In this document: in pieces, positions 13,246-26,687 of the stretch
How positions within the stretch are numbered: the first letter of the stretch is position 1
How the letters are laid out: each line of letters begins with the position of its first letter
Assembly (NCBI GenBank): GCA_965235115.1
Contig: OZ249448.1
Span: 17,174,001 to 17,238,000 of the forward strand
Source: Laetmonice hystrix
Taxonomy: Eukaryota
Reading direction: 5' to 3'
Length of the DNA: 64,000 nt
The notes under the pieces: model-generated
The model's database searches: none
Seen by the model: the letters and a program-made list of their open reading frames with translations, nothing else
Told to the model about the DNA's origin: nothing
Translations under genes and position numbers: made by a program

Positions 13246-14267
13246 TACATTAAAGTGATCCACCATTGACACACACACCATCAAGGTTATACTTTCCCCA
13301 CTGGTGCCTACATTAAAGTGATCCACCATTGACACACACACCATCAAGGTTATACTTTCCCCACTGGTGCCTACATTAAAGTGATCCACCATTGACACCC
13401 ACACCATGAAGGTTATACTTTCCCCACTGGTGCCTACATTAAAGTGATCCACCATTGACACACACACCAGCAAGGTTATACTTTTCCCACTGGTGCCTAC
13501 ATTAAAGTGATCCACCATTGACACACACACCATCAAGGTTATACTTTCTCCACTGGTGCCTACATTAAAGTGATCCACCATTGACACACACACCATCAAG
13601 GTTATACTTTCCCCACTGGTGCCTACATTAAAGTAATCCACCATTGACACACACACCAGCAAGGTTATACTTTCCCCACTGGTGCCTACATTAAAGTAAT
13701 CCACCATTGACACACACACCAGCAAGGTTATACTTTCCCCACTGGTGCCTACATTAAAGTGATCCACCATTGACACACATACCATCAAGGTTATACTTTC
13801 CCCACTGGTGCCTACATTAAAGTGATTCACCATTGACACACACACCATCAAGGTTATACTTTCCCCACTGGTGCCTACATTAAAGTAATCCACCATTGAC
13901 ACACACACCATCAAGGTTATACTTTCTCCACTGGTGCCTACATTAAAGTGATCCACCATTGACACACACACCATCAAGGTTATACTTTCCCCACTGGTGC
14001 CTACATTAAAGTGATCCGCCATTGACACACATACCAGCAAGGTTATACTTTCCCCACTGGTGCCTACATTAAAGTGATCCACCATTGACACACACACCAT
14101 CAAGGTTCCTCACTGGTGCCTACATTAAAGTGATTCACCATTGGCACACACACCAGCAAGGTTATACTTTCCCCACTGGTGCCTATATTAAAGTGATCCA
14201 CCATTGACACACATACCAGCAAGGTTATACTTTCCCCACTGGTGCCTACATTAAAGTGATCCACCAT
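13246..14267. repeat. Minisatellite, 63-bp unit, about 16 copies; minus strand reads (MVCVSMVDHFNVGTSGESITL)n
   Basis: Unit TACATTAAAGTGATCCACCATTGACACACACACCATCAAGGTTATACTTTCCCCACTGGTGCC; one unit near 14105 has a 7-nt deletion. Confidence 0.97.
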
Positions 14268-15752
14268 GTCTGCCGGGACCTTAGCAAATAAATATTATAT
14301 ACCAGCGTGGAAAAATGAATAGCCACATTAACAAGTTGCATGTTTATCTGTACATTAATAAACATCAGTAACCTGCTTTATTTGACTTCAAGGGTAAGGG
14401 TAAAGGTACAAATAAAATCTCATAAGAAACTGGCTTCAAATATGCACCAAATGCCCTCATGATACTCTATCCATATGTTCCACATGAATCTGTTGAAGAA
14501 CAAGTTGAAAGGTAATAAATTGGTTCCTATTCACGAACATTATTCAACAGGGGGTTCCACCTGTCAAACTACTGTGGACCTACAATGGGATCCAGAATAT
14601 CCTAACACAACATTAATCTACTCAAACTGAACGTTTAGGTATCTGTTTTACACAGACAGTCGATGAGCCAGAATGGTGGACACTCCACCATTCTTGCCAT
14701 GAGTACGTAACCTTGATGTGACTGTGGCCAGAGACCCGAGGACACAATAACCATGGTTGTTCTAGCGTCCATCCCTCCAGGGGCCGGGGTGGTTAGGTGG
14801 AGTGAGGCTAAAATCTAGGGCAAACACACCGACATCGGTGGGCCAATGCCCCATCACAATTCCCATACAGTACTTGACTGAGGAGTGCTGCGTCTTCCCT
14901 TACATCGAAAGTCAATGGCGATGGACGAATTGATATAATCATGAATGGCTTTTGTCTCCCTTCAAAGGGAAGTGACTAACATGAAATGATTTAAAAGTGT
15001 CAGCCCTATAGACCTGATAATGGATTCCAGTTATGGCAACATATATAAGTAACCTTTTCTACTTTGTTGCCAGCGCAGCGGTTCACAAACACACTTTTCT
15101 TGGAAGTGTCAAACCCGACAGAAACGCATGGGTATACACCAATCGTACACCAACCTGTGTAGCGACACTCTGATGCTAGCAGTTACAAGTTACTATGTCT
15201 GATATAGTAGACGATAGCTAACATCCTTCCCCTATCTGCCTCCTCGATTACATTATCAGGTGAGAACAGTTATTTACACCTGGACAGACTGGGTTACGCG
15301 AACTTTGTTATCATCATTTTGATCATAGGTTCGCTCGCCCGCCCCTGTCGTTAATCCTCACATCCCTCTCTCTCTGAGCCCCTAACACTCTCATTCAGCA
15401 GCTACATGTATAAACTATACTAAAACTCTCTGTACCGATTAAAGAAAACTCACTAAGGTCAAAAATTGTGCCAACCTTGCAGACTGAACATCAATCCTGT
15501 AATCATGGTTTGATAATATTTGCTGTTTGAACATGGAATAAAATGGGCGGGGGCGGATTTTAATCAATAGCAGAAAACGGGAGCCGACAGCATAGACTCG
15601 GCGTTGTCCTCGAGCATATGAAGACAGAGATGGTATTTATAAAAAAAAAAGAACGCTATAGAGACATGAGATGACTGAAGTAAAGAGTATAACGAGAGCT
15701 ATTCTTGCTACTGATGTAAGAAATAATTATGTGGGCGTGATTTACTTCTGCT

Positions 15753-16522
15753 GATACTCAGAAACATGAAGATCTAGGACTCCCAACGATACTCAGAAAC
15801 ATGAAGATCTAGGACTCCCAACGATACTCAGAAACATGAAGATCTAGGACTCCCACCGATACTCAGAAACATGAAGATCTAGGACTCCCACCGATACTCA
15901 GAAACATGAAGATCTAGGACTCCCACCGATACTCAGAAACATGAAGATCTAGGACTCCCACCGATACTCAGAAACATGAAGATCTAGGACTCCCACCGAT
16001 ACTCAGAAACATGAAGATCTAGGACTCTCACCGATACTCAGAAACATGAAGATCTAGGACTCTCACCGATACTCAGAAACATGAAGATCTAGGACTCCCA
16101 CCGATACTCAGAAACATGAAGATCTAGGACTCCCACCGATACTCAGAAACATGAAGATCTAGGACTCTCACCGATACTCAGAAACATGAAGACCTAGGAC
16201 TCTCACCGATACTCAGAAACATGAAGATCTAGGACTCCCACCGATACTCAGAAACATGAAGATCTAGGACTCCCACCGATACTCAGAAACATGAAGATCT
16301 AGGACTCCCACCGATACTCAGAAACATGAAGATCTAGGACTCCCACCGATACTCAGAAACATGAAGATCTAGGACTCCCACCGATACTCAGAAACATGAA
16401 GATCTAGGACTCCCACCGATACTCAGAAACATGAAGATCTAGGACTCCCACCGATACTCAGAAACATGAAGATCTAGGACTCCCACCGATACTCAGAAAC
16501 ATGAAGATCTAGGACTCCCACC
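15753..16522. repeat. Minisatellite, 35-bp unit, 22 copies
   Basis: Unit GATACTCAGAAACATGAAGATCTAGGACTCCCACC, nearly invariant. Confidence 0.98.
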
Positions 16523-17356
16523 AAGGTAACAATCATCGTCATGATGATATAATATCAAGGTTATATCAGGATATATAGTAACAATACGCCATGTATGTAT
16601 GGTTCCCAGTTCCTAGGCGATCACGTGATTTCCAGTCACTAAGAACGCGGTGGGTAGGAACAACGGTACAAGTCGCATTCTTGTGACCTTCGGCAGTTTC
16701 TCTTCGGTAATATTCGGCAGATTCCGGCGATTGAGAAACGCCTCTGGTACATTACGCTCCATGCCCTGATGGGGCGCGGGTTCTGCAGGCAGTAAACAGT
16801 CTATAGTCCACTAGGGAAGTTTTAATTTTCTTCAATGAATTCCTATTACATCGAATTCGACTTATGGTTCTTATGTAACAGGCCCTTGATCTACTAGCAA
16901 GATTTGATCATGTTCAAGTACTGAAATTGGATTAATACGCTCAATTACGTTTGAAACCATCTGGCAACTAGACTCGACCACCTCTAGCGAGAAAAAGGGT
17001 CTGGTGATCGAGACTATATCTGGCAACCTTCGGCAGGTGCTCGCCGGCATTTCCCGTCACCAGAATGTCTGACAGCAGTCGACAAACTACAAAAGAGAGT
17101 TATGCTGTCTCAGAGTCACAATGCATCACAGGTGATTTCATCGCCGCTTGGGGGCCAGAGTGAACAAGTTACCAAATGGCCGTGACGTCACCAAATGAGC
17201 GATAATGAGGGTTAAATTACGAGCTAGGTTTAGTATCTTTTATCGCTCAAATAATGATGTCCGACCATTCGGCGACTTGAGCGGGAACAAACACCCAGCG
17301 AACTTTGATCGGTTCCACAAAGTTACCGTTCGGTATGAATGTAGACCATAATATGG

Positions 17357-17813
17357 TGGCCAGGAGCCGGTGGTATAATTGGTGGCGGTGTGAATGTGGC
17401 GGCCAGGAGCCGGTGGTATAATTGGTGGCGGTGTGAATGTGGCGGCCAGGAGCTGGCGGTATAATTGGTGGCGGTGTGAATGTGGCGGCCCGGTGGTATA
17501 ATTGGTGGCGGTGTGAATGTGGCGACCAGGAGCCAGTGGTATAATTGGTGGCGGTGTGAATGTGGCGACCAGGAGCCGGTGGTATAATTGGTGGCGGTGT
17601 GAATGTGGCGGCCAGGAGCCGGTGGTATAATTGGTGGCGGTGTGAATGTGGCGGCCAGGAGCCGGTGGTATAATTGGTGGCGGTGTGAATGTGGCGGCCA
17701 GGAGCCGGTGGTATAATTGGTGGCGGTGTGAATGTGGCGGCCAGGAGATGGCGGTATAATTGGTGGCGGTGTGAATGTGGCGGCCAGGAGCCGGTAGTAT
17801 AATTGGTGGCGGT
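17357..17813. repeat. Minisatellite, 43-bp unit, about 10.5 copies
   Basis: Unit GGTATAATTGGTGGCGGTGTGAATGTGGCGGCCAGGAGCCGGT. Confidence 0.96.
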
Positions 17814-19086
17814 ATGTGCCCCCTCCTGCCGCCAGTTGGTCCCTGTGTGCCAAGGTACGGCACGGAGAGATCAAGGAGGAGTCCCTGTGTACAGACACAG
17901 ACACGCAGCACAGGAGGACACTGACCCTCATAATGATATTAATGAGTAATTGTCTCCTTACCACCATACTGCTGCCGTGTAGGCGTTTTTCTAAGGGGGT
18001 TGCGGTGGTCGTCTCAATACCAAGTTCTATGCAGCAAAAGGTAAAGCGCCTTCGATTGCTCAGAGACTGGTAGTCAGGTGCAATGCTTGCACGGGCTTCG
18101 GGTACTATGACATTGCAGCCCTTGTCACTCCACTAATTATCATCAACCCGGACCTGTGCAAAGATTGTAAGGAAGTCCCTACTGGCAGCCGCTATGGCTT
18201 CTGGGTACATGATGAGCCGATACCTCATTGCTTATAAAATCGCTTATCTGGACCTGGCTATTTAGCCTTATTAAAAGACGAAGATATTAGACTCGTTAAA
18301 GGACAAGACCTGCAGTGGACTTCTGATTTAAAAACAGACGGCCACTTTAGTTTCATTTAAAAATACAAGCCGGAGACTGGTGAAAATTTGGGATTGGTAA
18401 TGAAGATGGTAGGGTCTCTGTAGACAGGTCACACAGTCAACTGTCACGACAGGGCGTCGGGTAAACTACTCCCAACAACCCGGCAACGACAGGCGCGTGC
18501 CAAGAGATGAGGCCACAACACACACGAACAAGGTTTAGCTATTAAGCCGAAAACGAAGCTCCGCGCTTCCAAGACGCGCACTGTCTCTTCAACGTTGAGA
18601 GCATGGCTTTGAAAGTTCCCCGGCTGCGGCAACAGGCGAGGCGGGCTCGATCAATCGGCCGCTCTTGTTACGGCTGGCCCGGTTTTGATCCGAGGATTTG
18701 GCCGTCGGTTAAGGCTGAGAGTGTGTAAGGGGTCGTCAGTCACCAGGGAACGAGCCATTGTTCCATCACCTCAGAAATGGCGCAATGTGCACCCCCCCCC
18801 CCTGCACGCCGTCGCGTTCAGTATTATGACGCGACAAAAGCGACACAGGTTCTGACGACGCGACCAAACCACTGTCTTTACTCGTACAGCGACACATCAA
18901 GGAGGCGCGGCGACGGCAGCCAACGATCTAAACTAAATAATGCATTCAACCTGACGTTTAGATACTGGTACATGTGGATTCACATCCTCCTCCTTTTTTA
19001 ATATTTATTTGACACATTGTCACGACAGCTGGGTCGACCGTCAGTCACCATCGTAATAACGACGACTGGTTTATTGAAAAGGCCAC

Positions 19087-19179
19087 CATCATGTGTCCAT
19101 CAGTTTGAGACAGTTCCTTGTTGAGTCTGCTGCAGTATTCGGCAGAAAACAACATGACTACGTCATGGCGGTGATGATC
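19087..19179 (-). CDS. Candidate internal exon, 93 nt (DHHRHDVVMLFSAEYCSRLNKELSQTDGHMM)
   Basis: Strong acceptor CTATTTTCTTTTACACGTTCCTTTAG; a single open frame; donor weak (GTGGCC, or GTGACT further on). Confidence 0.2.
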
Positions 19180-22148
19180 CTAAAGGAACGTGTAAAAGAA
19201 AATAGTACACGTGTAATAAACAGTAATAATGCACAGTGTAATAATTCAAATAAACTCTAGGGTTCAACTTGAATGAAAAGTAACGGTGAAAGTACGACGT
19301 AAAGTTGGATGTACCCGCAGGTGTGATATATGCCATTATAATTCAAACACAAGGATAAATATGCCGGTGAAAACGTTGACGTACTTCCACTGTATAGTCA
19401 CTGAACCATTCTTGGTCTATTCAATAGATTAAAACCGATAAAACAGTGAATGTTGTTCTCTGGGCACAGTGACGTTATGTGTCATACAAGTAGTCCTCTC
19501 CTGGACAATTTGTCTACTATCCTCCACATGCCTCCATCTCCCAATATGTGTAATGGTTTTCATGAGTGTATATCAACGTTTCCCAGGAGGCTTGCCTTGA
19601 TTGGATTGTTAATTGACTAGTATTGGATCAATGGAGTTTGCCCGGGCCCCCAGCAGCCCAGCACGTGGGGTTGAATATTTAATTGGATCCACATGTCCCT
19701 GGCTGGCCGAGTTGAGAGAGGGGGGAGCTATCCGCAATTACAAAGTAATTGCTGACTTCGAACATGCTTGATCTTCATATCAGGCGGGAGAAACGCCGCT
19801 CCTCGGCACTGTCATTCTTAAATGTGCTGAGTAAATAAAGGCTGTCGTGGTTTTGTCGAAAGCTAATGAAATAGATATTGTGATAGTGTGTCTTCAAGCG
19901 GTAGTCTTTTCCATAATGGGTAATGAGTTGTGAAATTGTGGTCTCCGATTTTGTTTATTCAGAGGGGGGCTCTGGTTACGGTTTAATAACAAGGTGAAAA
20001 TCGTACAGTATACTTACAAATCAGGGTAAAATCTTAACAAGGAAAAACTTGAGACAACAAAATTATCATTAAAGTTTACACGGATGTATGTGATCAATGA
20101 TCACACCTCTCTATTCTTAGAAAAAGTCATCTGTGCATACTTCACACCAATCACCATTTAACACACAAAATCTTTGAATTGGTGCGGGTCTAAGGAAAGT
20201 ATACAGCACGATTCGCTGGTTAATATCCCCTTCCTATTTCAACGTCACCTCAGATGCCTGCATACTCGAAATCATTTTTTGGTGAGGGGTCTCTTTACTT
20301 TATGGGCAGGCATAGTCTGTATATGGGTATGAGAATATATGAATGGTCCTCAGATTTCCTATTCCGATATGGAAGACGGTATTAGGGTGCGGAAGGCTCA
20401 TCATGAACGTACTTATCGTCCGCCTGGAAGTAACGAATAACCTGCACGTTCTCCTAAAGACGTTTAGGGAATTTCTCGGCCAGCTGTGATCTTAGATCAA
20501 ACAACGAGAAGAAGGTGTACTCATTGGGATTCCTGCTCGCCATGGGGGAGTTCCTTGTTCCTGGCTTCTGATTCCAACAGTGCTGTTCGTTATCAGTAAT
20601 CTCAGAGATGTGGTGGTGGGTAGAAGATTAGATTATGTGACAATGGTCGCCCACAGCGTAGACCTTTCACCTGGCCAGGACACAAAACGGCGAATTCACC
20701 TGGCATGGATTAGCATTGTTTATTAAGAGAAAGCTTCGCTGCAAGACGTCCATGTTTTGTGCAGGCACGCAGAGAAGGAGGCGTAAAATCTAGGTATTCC
20801 GAAGCATATATCGCGTTGAGGAATGAGGCAAAATGTCGCTACATAAAATTCGCAAATACAAACTCTTTGCGCCATTGCTGCTGCCCAACAGCCCCCAACG
20901 TCTGCTCCCGTGTCCCGAGAGGCGCTGACGATGCGAAAATCTCACAAAATGGCCAAGGCTCATGATACCGAATCCCATGTCGTCTGAAAGCGTCGGTTTG
21001 CCCCTATTTCCAAGTGACAAAACTTAGCACGATATACAAGATTGTGAACGAGGTTGGACACTTGAACGAGAGATTCGCATGAAGAGAGGGGTTCCTTACG
21101 CGCAACTCGTGCGCGCGGCTACTTGAATCCCCCGACTTGGGCATGGTGCTCTCCGACCCAACTAGTTTATAATAAAACACTACACGCCAACAATATCTCG
21201 ATCACGCTAGTCTGACGACGGCAGCCATCAAATGGCATTTCATTCTACATTCGTCTCCTCCATGCAGGCCAGGACCTGGCGGAGTAACGAACATTTCCCC
21301 TTGACGAGGTCGGTAATACTCAGGCTCCATTCGTGTTTTTTTTGTCACTGCGACCTATTGAACGTGAGGTCCTAGTGTCGTGTTACAGGAATCAAGAAGA
21401 ACGCGAACGATAATGAGTTTCAGCTCATTATATCAAAAATTCATATTTCACATAAAGCTCGCGTAGGAGATGCAGCTACAAACAACATAGTTTGCTGTCA
21501 ACCTAGACCCCCAAAACGTTTTGTTTCTGGTAAAAAACTGAAGCAAGTCCAGAGGGGTTTTTTTTGGAATACATACTTGTTCTTTTTTAGGAGCCACACC
21601 CCTGTACATGGTGTTTTAAAATGGTTTGTTAGAACATATTAGTACGTTTTAAAGGGCAATTCGTCTAATTTATACTTAACTATTAACAGGGCAGTCCTTG
21701 TGATAGAATATCCAGAAACAAAATGTCTGCTTTACATTCACCACGCTCAGGACTTCAGTCTCCCAATCTCAACCAAACAGTCAATAAATACGGATTAAAC
21801 ACGGGAATTAAAGTGCTATAACGTCGAGGACCAAAAGTATACAAGACGTCCAGGAAATCAACAAGAAAGCGAGGCTATACTTCCCCCTAACGACCAGCAC
21901 GCCATTCAGAGTGTCTGCTATATACACAAAACTCTGTTTCCGTATACTAATTCACATGTAAGGTACCAACGACGTCAAGAAGTTCACCTATACCTTATAT
22001 ACTGCGCATACTAACGTGAACTGCTGGGCAATAATGGCCCAGTGATAGCGTTTAATGGCACTGTCGGCAATGGGGAAGGCATGTTGTTCTGGCAGGACTC
22101 ATCTATCCGGCCAGCCATGGTTAGAGGAAGGTGAGCGGCCTCAACACC

Positions 22149-22781
22149 GGCAAACTGAGGGCAAACTGTGGGCAAACTGAGGGCAACCTGAGGGTAACCT
22201 GAGGGCAAACTGTGGGCAACCTGAGGGCAACCTGGGGGCAACCTTAGAGCAACCTGAAGGCAAGCTGAGGTCAACCTGAGGGTAACCTGAGGGCAACCTG
22301 CGGGTAACCTGAGGGGAAACCTGAGGGTAACCAGAGGGCAACCTGAGGGCAAACTAAGGGCAAACCAAGGGCAACCTCAGGTCAACCTGAGGGTAACCTG
22401 AGGGCAACCTGAGGGCAACCTGAGGGCAAACTGACGGCAAACTGACGGCAAACTGACGGCAAACTGACGGCAACCTGAGGGCAACCTGCGGGTAACCTGA
22501 GGGGAAACCTGAGGGTAACCAGAGGGCAACCTGAGGGCAAACTAAGGGCAAACCGAGGGCAACCTCAGGGCAACCTGAGGGTAACCTGAGGGCAACCTGA
22601 GGGTAACCTGAGGGGAAACCTCAGATCAACCTGAGGGCAAACTAAGGGCAAACCGAGGGCAACCTCAGGTCAACCTGAGGGCAACCTGAAGGCAACCTGA
22701 AGGCAACCTGAAGGCAACCTGAGGGCAACCTGAGGGCAACCTGAGGACAAACTGACGGCAAACTGACGGCAACCTGAGGGC
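22149..22781. repeat. Minisatellite, 11-bp unit (GAGGGCAACCT and variants)
   Basis: Tandem 11-mers with variant blocks (GACGGCAAACT, GAGGGTAACCT) that recur in higher order. Confidence 0.95.
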
Positions 22782-25700
22782 GAGGGTTTCACGTTCATGA
22801 TATCAGGTCCACGACCAACACGACACTCGGCAGTTCGTCTTAGAGATCACAGAAAGGATGTGCGAACATCGCATACACACTCCGCTCTAAATATAATACT
22901 GGTAGTTTAGATTTTCTATATAGTAAAAAGACACTGTCTCATATATAAAACAAGCCGTCGACGTCCGAGTTTTAACATTATTTGGAGGGGTAAGGAATAA
23001 TTTATGAACAGTGCTGTGATTATGCAGCCACCACTGACAGTAGCTGACCCTCGTTCGTATCAAACATGAATGACTATTCCTGAAAACGTCGTCAATGTAA
23101 CAGAGATTCAGGGTGGCAGCCCCATACCGTCTCTTACATTGTCAAGGGATTTCTCACTCGCCATGGTTAAAACATACTCTTGACGCATGGTTTGGGTAAC
23201 GATGGAACTTCGTAACCATGACAGACTGCTCAGGCACACAGATAAGAACAGTTTGTATTGTAATAATATTATATGTGTGTAAAATTAACCCAACCATTGT
23301 TCCTAAATCCCTAATAATCGTAGGTCACTGCAGGTATATGGATAAGGGTTTGGATTAAAATGTATTTGAATAAATACACCAATCCTGTGGCTACTTCTCT
23401 CAGATTATCGAACAGTTAATCCTGCCTACCGGCTCGGTGGATAATCGCATATCAATAGGCATTGTCTACATGATACCCCTGGCATCAATGAACACGCTCC
23501 CCTCCCTCCCCTCCCCTCCCCTCCTCCTCCCACTCCCTTCCCTCGGGGTTCATGCCGAAACAGCTCGGGACGAGACTAGTCCCCAGGGGACGGGGAGGGG
23601 GTGGGACAGACAAGACAGTGACCGTTTGGGGTAACGACCGCTAGCAACCCTCGCACAATCAGAGTCAACAAATCCGTTCAATCCAAGCCTACTGTCAAAC
23701 AAGGGTGGACGACACGAGGTATGTAAACTGGATACAACTCAAGGATCTGGCGAGGACTTCCACGTAAATCCTTGAGCCGCCTACCAGAACCAAGGACGGC
23801 TTACAATTGGCCCTTGCCGGCTCCAGAATGGCACAAAGGCTGGCCGCCTGGTTTTAATTGGAATGCCGTTCTTGACATGCCAGGCACGTTCACCGACACG
23901 ACCCCAACAACGACGTAAACAGGTCGGTAATGCGCGCCAAGCGGGAATCAGTTTGCTGGACTTTTATCTGTCCTGGGCACGGCGACCTAATGCGCCCACT
24001 CGGATTGCCCGTGTTCCAATTCCTCCTGATCCGGGCCCGGTCCGTCCAACTCGGGACGTGGTTGTTCACGCGCACCCCTCCCCCTACACCACCACCAGCA
24101 CACCCACCGCCACCCCACCTGGACGAGGGTTTCTGCGGCCACCCCTTACGACCAGTTTCTTTTATTGATTAATTTTAGTTTTTAATTCTGGAGTCCGCAT
24201 TTTTGTATAGGTTAAGATCGGTAGCCCCCAGTGTGAGGGCATGGTTCAATTTCCCCCTCGCCTCCTAAATATGTCATTGATTGTGCCACAACAAATCGCA
24301 AGATTAAGTCCAATACCTGCTCAAATATCACTGGTTATAGGTCTCTATACGTGCTGTTAACCGCATTAAAACAACGTCTGGCTTGACGTCAGACCCAGAT
24401 AAAGTTACCTAAACATCCACGATATTAACGTCCGAGATATATGTTTATGGAGTAAAATGAGCAGATCATGTATATGGGTGAAGAGAAGAGATAGTCAGAT
24501 GTTCGGCATGTCTCAGGTCAATCTGTCAGCAGCGCAGTCGTTTGAATAAAACAGAAAAACGATTCAGCAGTGGACTTCCACATGTTGTCTATACCTGTAA
24601 AGGATAACACTACATTGATAAAGAATTGGTTTATAGGTTGGGGTGGGGCTGGAGGCTGGTCTGAGGGTGGGTGTGGGGGTTGGGGTGGGGGGTGGGGCTG
24701 GTATGAGGGTGGGGGTGGGGGTGGGGCTGGAGGCTGATACATACCACATCATAATGTTCCGTTGATAACGGCACCGAGATATTCAGTCAGCAGGATATGT
24801 ATGGTTCGATATGAGCGCGGAGCACAGCCGGCCGGATCCCAGCTCACGCTGCCAAATTAATTCCAAAGGCGGAATCGTCCCAACAAGGTCTAGGATCAAG
24901 TCCGACTTCCGGAGCTGACCGCCGAGATCCCTTGGTGGGACTGACAAGATTCCGGTCTATGGATCCTATTGTGGCGGCGGGCACAATGAAAATGATGACA
25001 ATGCAGATATTGAAAAATAGGCAGTTCTTCTTTCTGTTGTGTCAAATGGTGGCAGTAATGAGGGTGACGGAGACAACCTGAAGCCAGGTCTGTGGTTGGA
25101 CATACCGCTTCCTTTCATCAATTCTATATATCTGACCATCACGACTTCCGAGCTGCGCCCATTATGACTCAATAGTCGCACACAGTCGCGAGCGCCGTCA
25201 GAAAGAAATACTATACGTCATATCGGCGCCGGGTTCCTCAAGACTTTTTCTTCACGCATACTCACTAAGTCATCGGTCTAGCATGACACCACTGACGTCA
25301 TAGGAGTTAGAATATACTGATACCAAGACAGGATATATCCCTGCACATGCCATATAGGCCTACATTCCAAATTGAGAAGCTCTTGACGGTTTTTTCTCGA
25401 GACCAAATTCTGTACGAGTAAAGATTATTCAATGTGACCCGGTGTGGACGACCCGGAAGCGGAACCGAGTCAGGATATATGCAGACGTGAACGGCAAAAT
25501 GTGACTAGAATTATGGGGTAAAATTATAGGATCGTACAAATTTGGCAGTCACTACAGGTATGGTTGTAATCAACACTACAATTAGCAACAATTTAGGGCA
25601 CTGACAACAAGGGCATGATAATTTTTCTATTGGCGTAATCTGTTTTATGCAATAAATGCGTGATTGGGCTGCGTGCAGTCAGCCAATGCGGTCAGACCTG

Positions 25701-26615
25701 CCTGTGAGGGTTCTAATTCCACATGTTGACGGCAGTCCGGGCCGGGGGGGGGGGGTGTAAGGGGAGCGGGAACTCGTATTTGTAGTCGTAGCTCGGTAGC
25801 GGGCCGCCTGTACACGAGGAATCTGTCATCAGACTACAGATGACGACATTGCGTGTTGGACTTACACGGTGCACCTCCCCCATTCACTCAAACACTGCAC
25901 GCCTGTTATCTAGGCGAAAGTAGAATTCGTTATCGATTGGAAAAACTACTGAGCATGAATTCAAACCCGCTTTGCATTGTGATTGAGCGAGATGGCTGCC
26001 AGGAACGTGTGTTTGTCAAAGTCTGTACACTTGCCAGAATGATACAAGATACAACATCCGCCTGCCAGGGTATTTGTCTAATCAATACGTTCATATCATT
26101 AGAGCCATTACTTATAGACTATTACAACCACGGAGCTGGGAAGCCAGGACTATAAACTTCATCCAATAAAAAACATGGCAGTCGAAGCTCAAATAGCAAT
26201 ACTGTGATCATTCTCTGATTGTTCCACAGGCGGGAACATTGGTCATACACGATCAGAGTCATGCTGTTATACTGATTACAGAGACAGGGTGCCATCAGGT
26301 ACTAGATGTATACTGTATACTGCAGAGAAAACTATAGAATTCTATCATAATAATCAGGACCTTTATATTGCATTCAGGTAAAAAGGTAAGAATATGACAA
26401 ACTTAAAAAACCAATATGAAAATGTGACTTTACAAGGATTTGAAAGGATCACACTGGAAAGGAAAACGCCGGATATCACTGCTACTTTCTTTCATAACTC
26501 TAAGTTCTTTCCTTATCCATGCATGTCTCGTAGGAACGCTTGCTTCCATACACCTCCACAAGGTAGGGATAAGTCGTCCTTTGCTTTACAACCTGACAAT
26601 ATTTTAACGACTTAC

Positions 26616-26687
26616 ACCCGCCGCATTCCCAATGTAATCAGTCCACCTATGTATGGATTCGTCCAGGACACCGGCTCTTGAAATCGA
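26616..26687 (-). CDS. Candidate internal exon, 72 nt (SISRAGVLDESIHRWTDYIGNAAG or RFQEPVSWTNPYIGGLITLGMRR)
   Basis: Acceptor TATTCTTAATCCGTACAG, donor GTAAGT; two open frames; no homology recognised. Confidence 0.25.

Noticed and set aside
17240-17967. 223-aa and 214-aa minus-strand ORFs
   Set aside because: The 43-bp unit is not a multiple of 3, so the peptide cycles through frames; a repeat artefact
18442-19050. Two TGTCACGACAG starts suggesting LTR termini
   Set aside because: No matching ...GTCGTGACA end, no extended direct repeat, no PBS/PPT and no gag-pol sequence
25866-25909. CLSEWGRCT resembling a TSP1 motif in a 44-nt exon candidate
   Set aside because: Too short, with no continuing TCG motif or other TSP1 exons
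26378-26385. 8-nt plus-strand microexon (TTGCATTCAG/GTAAAAAG/GTAAGA)
   Set aside because: No flanking plus-strand exons identified; such motifs arise by chance
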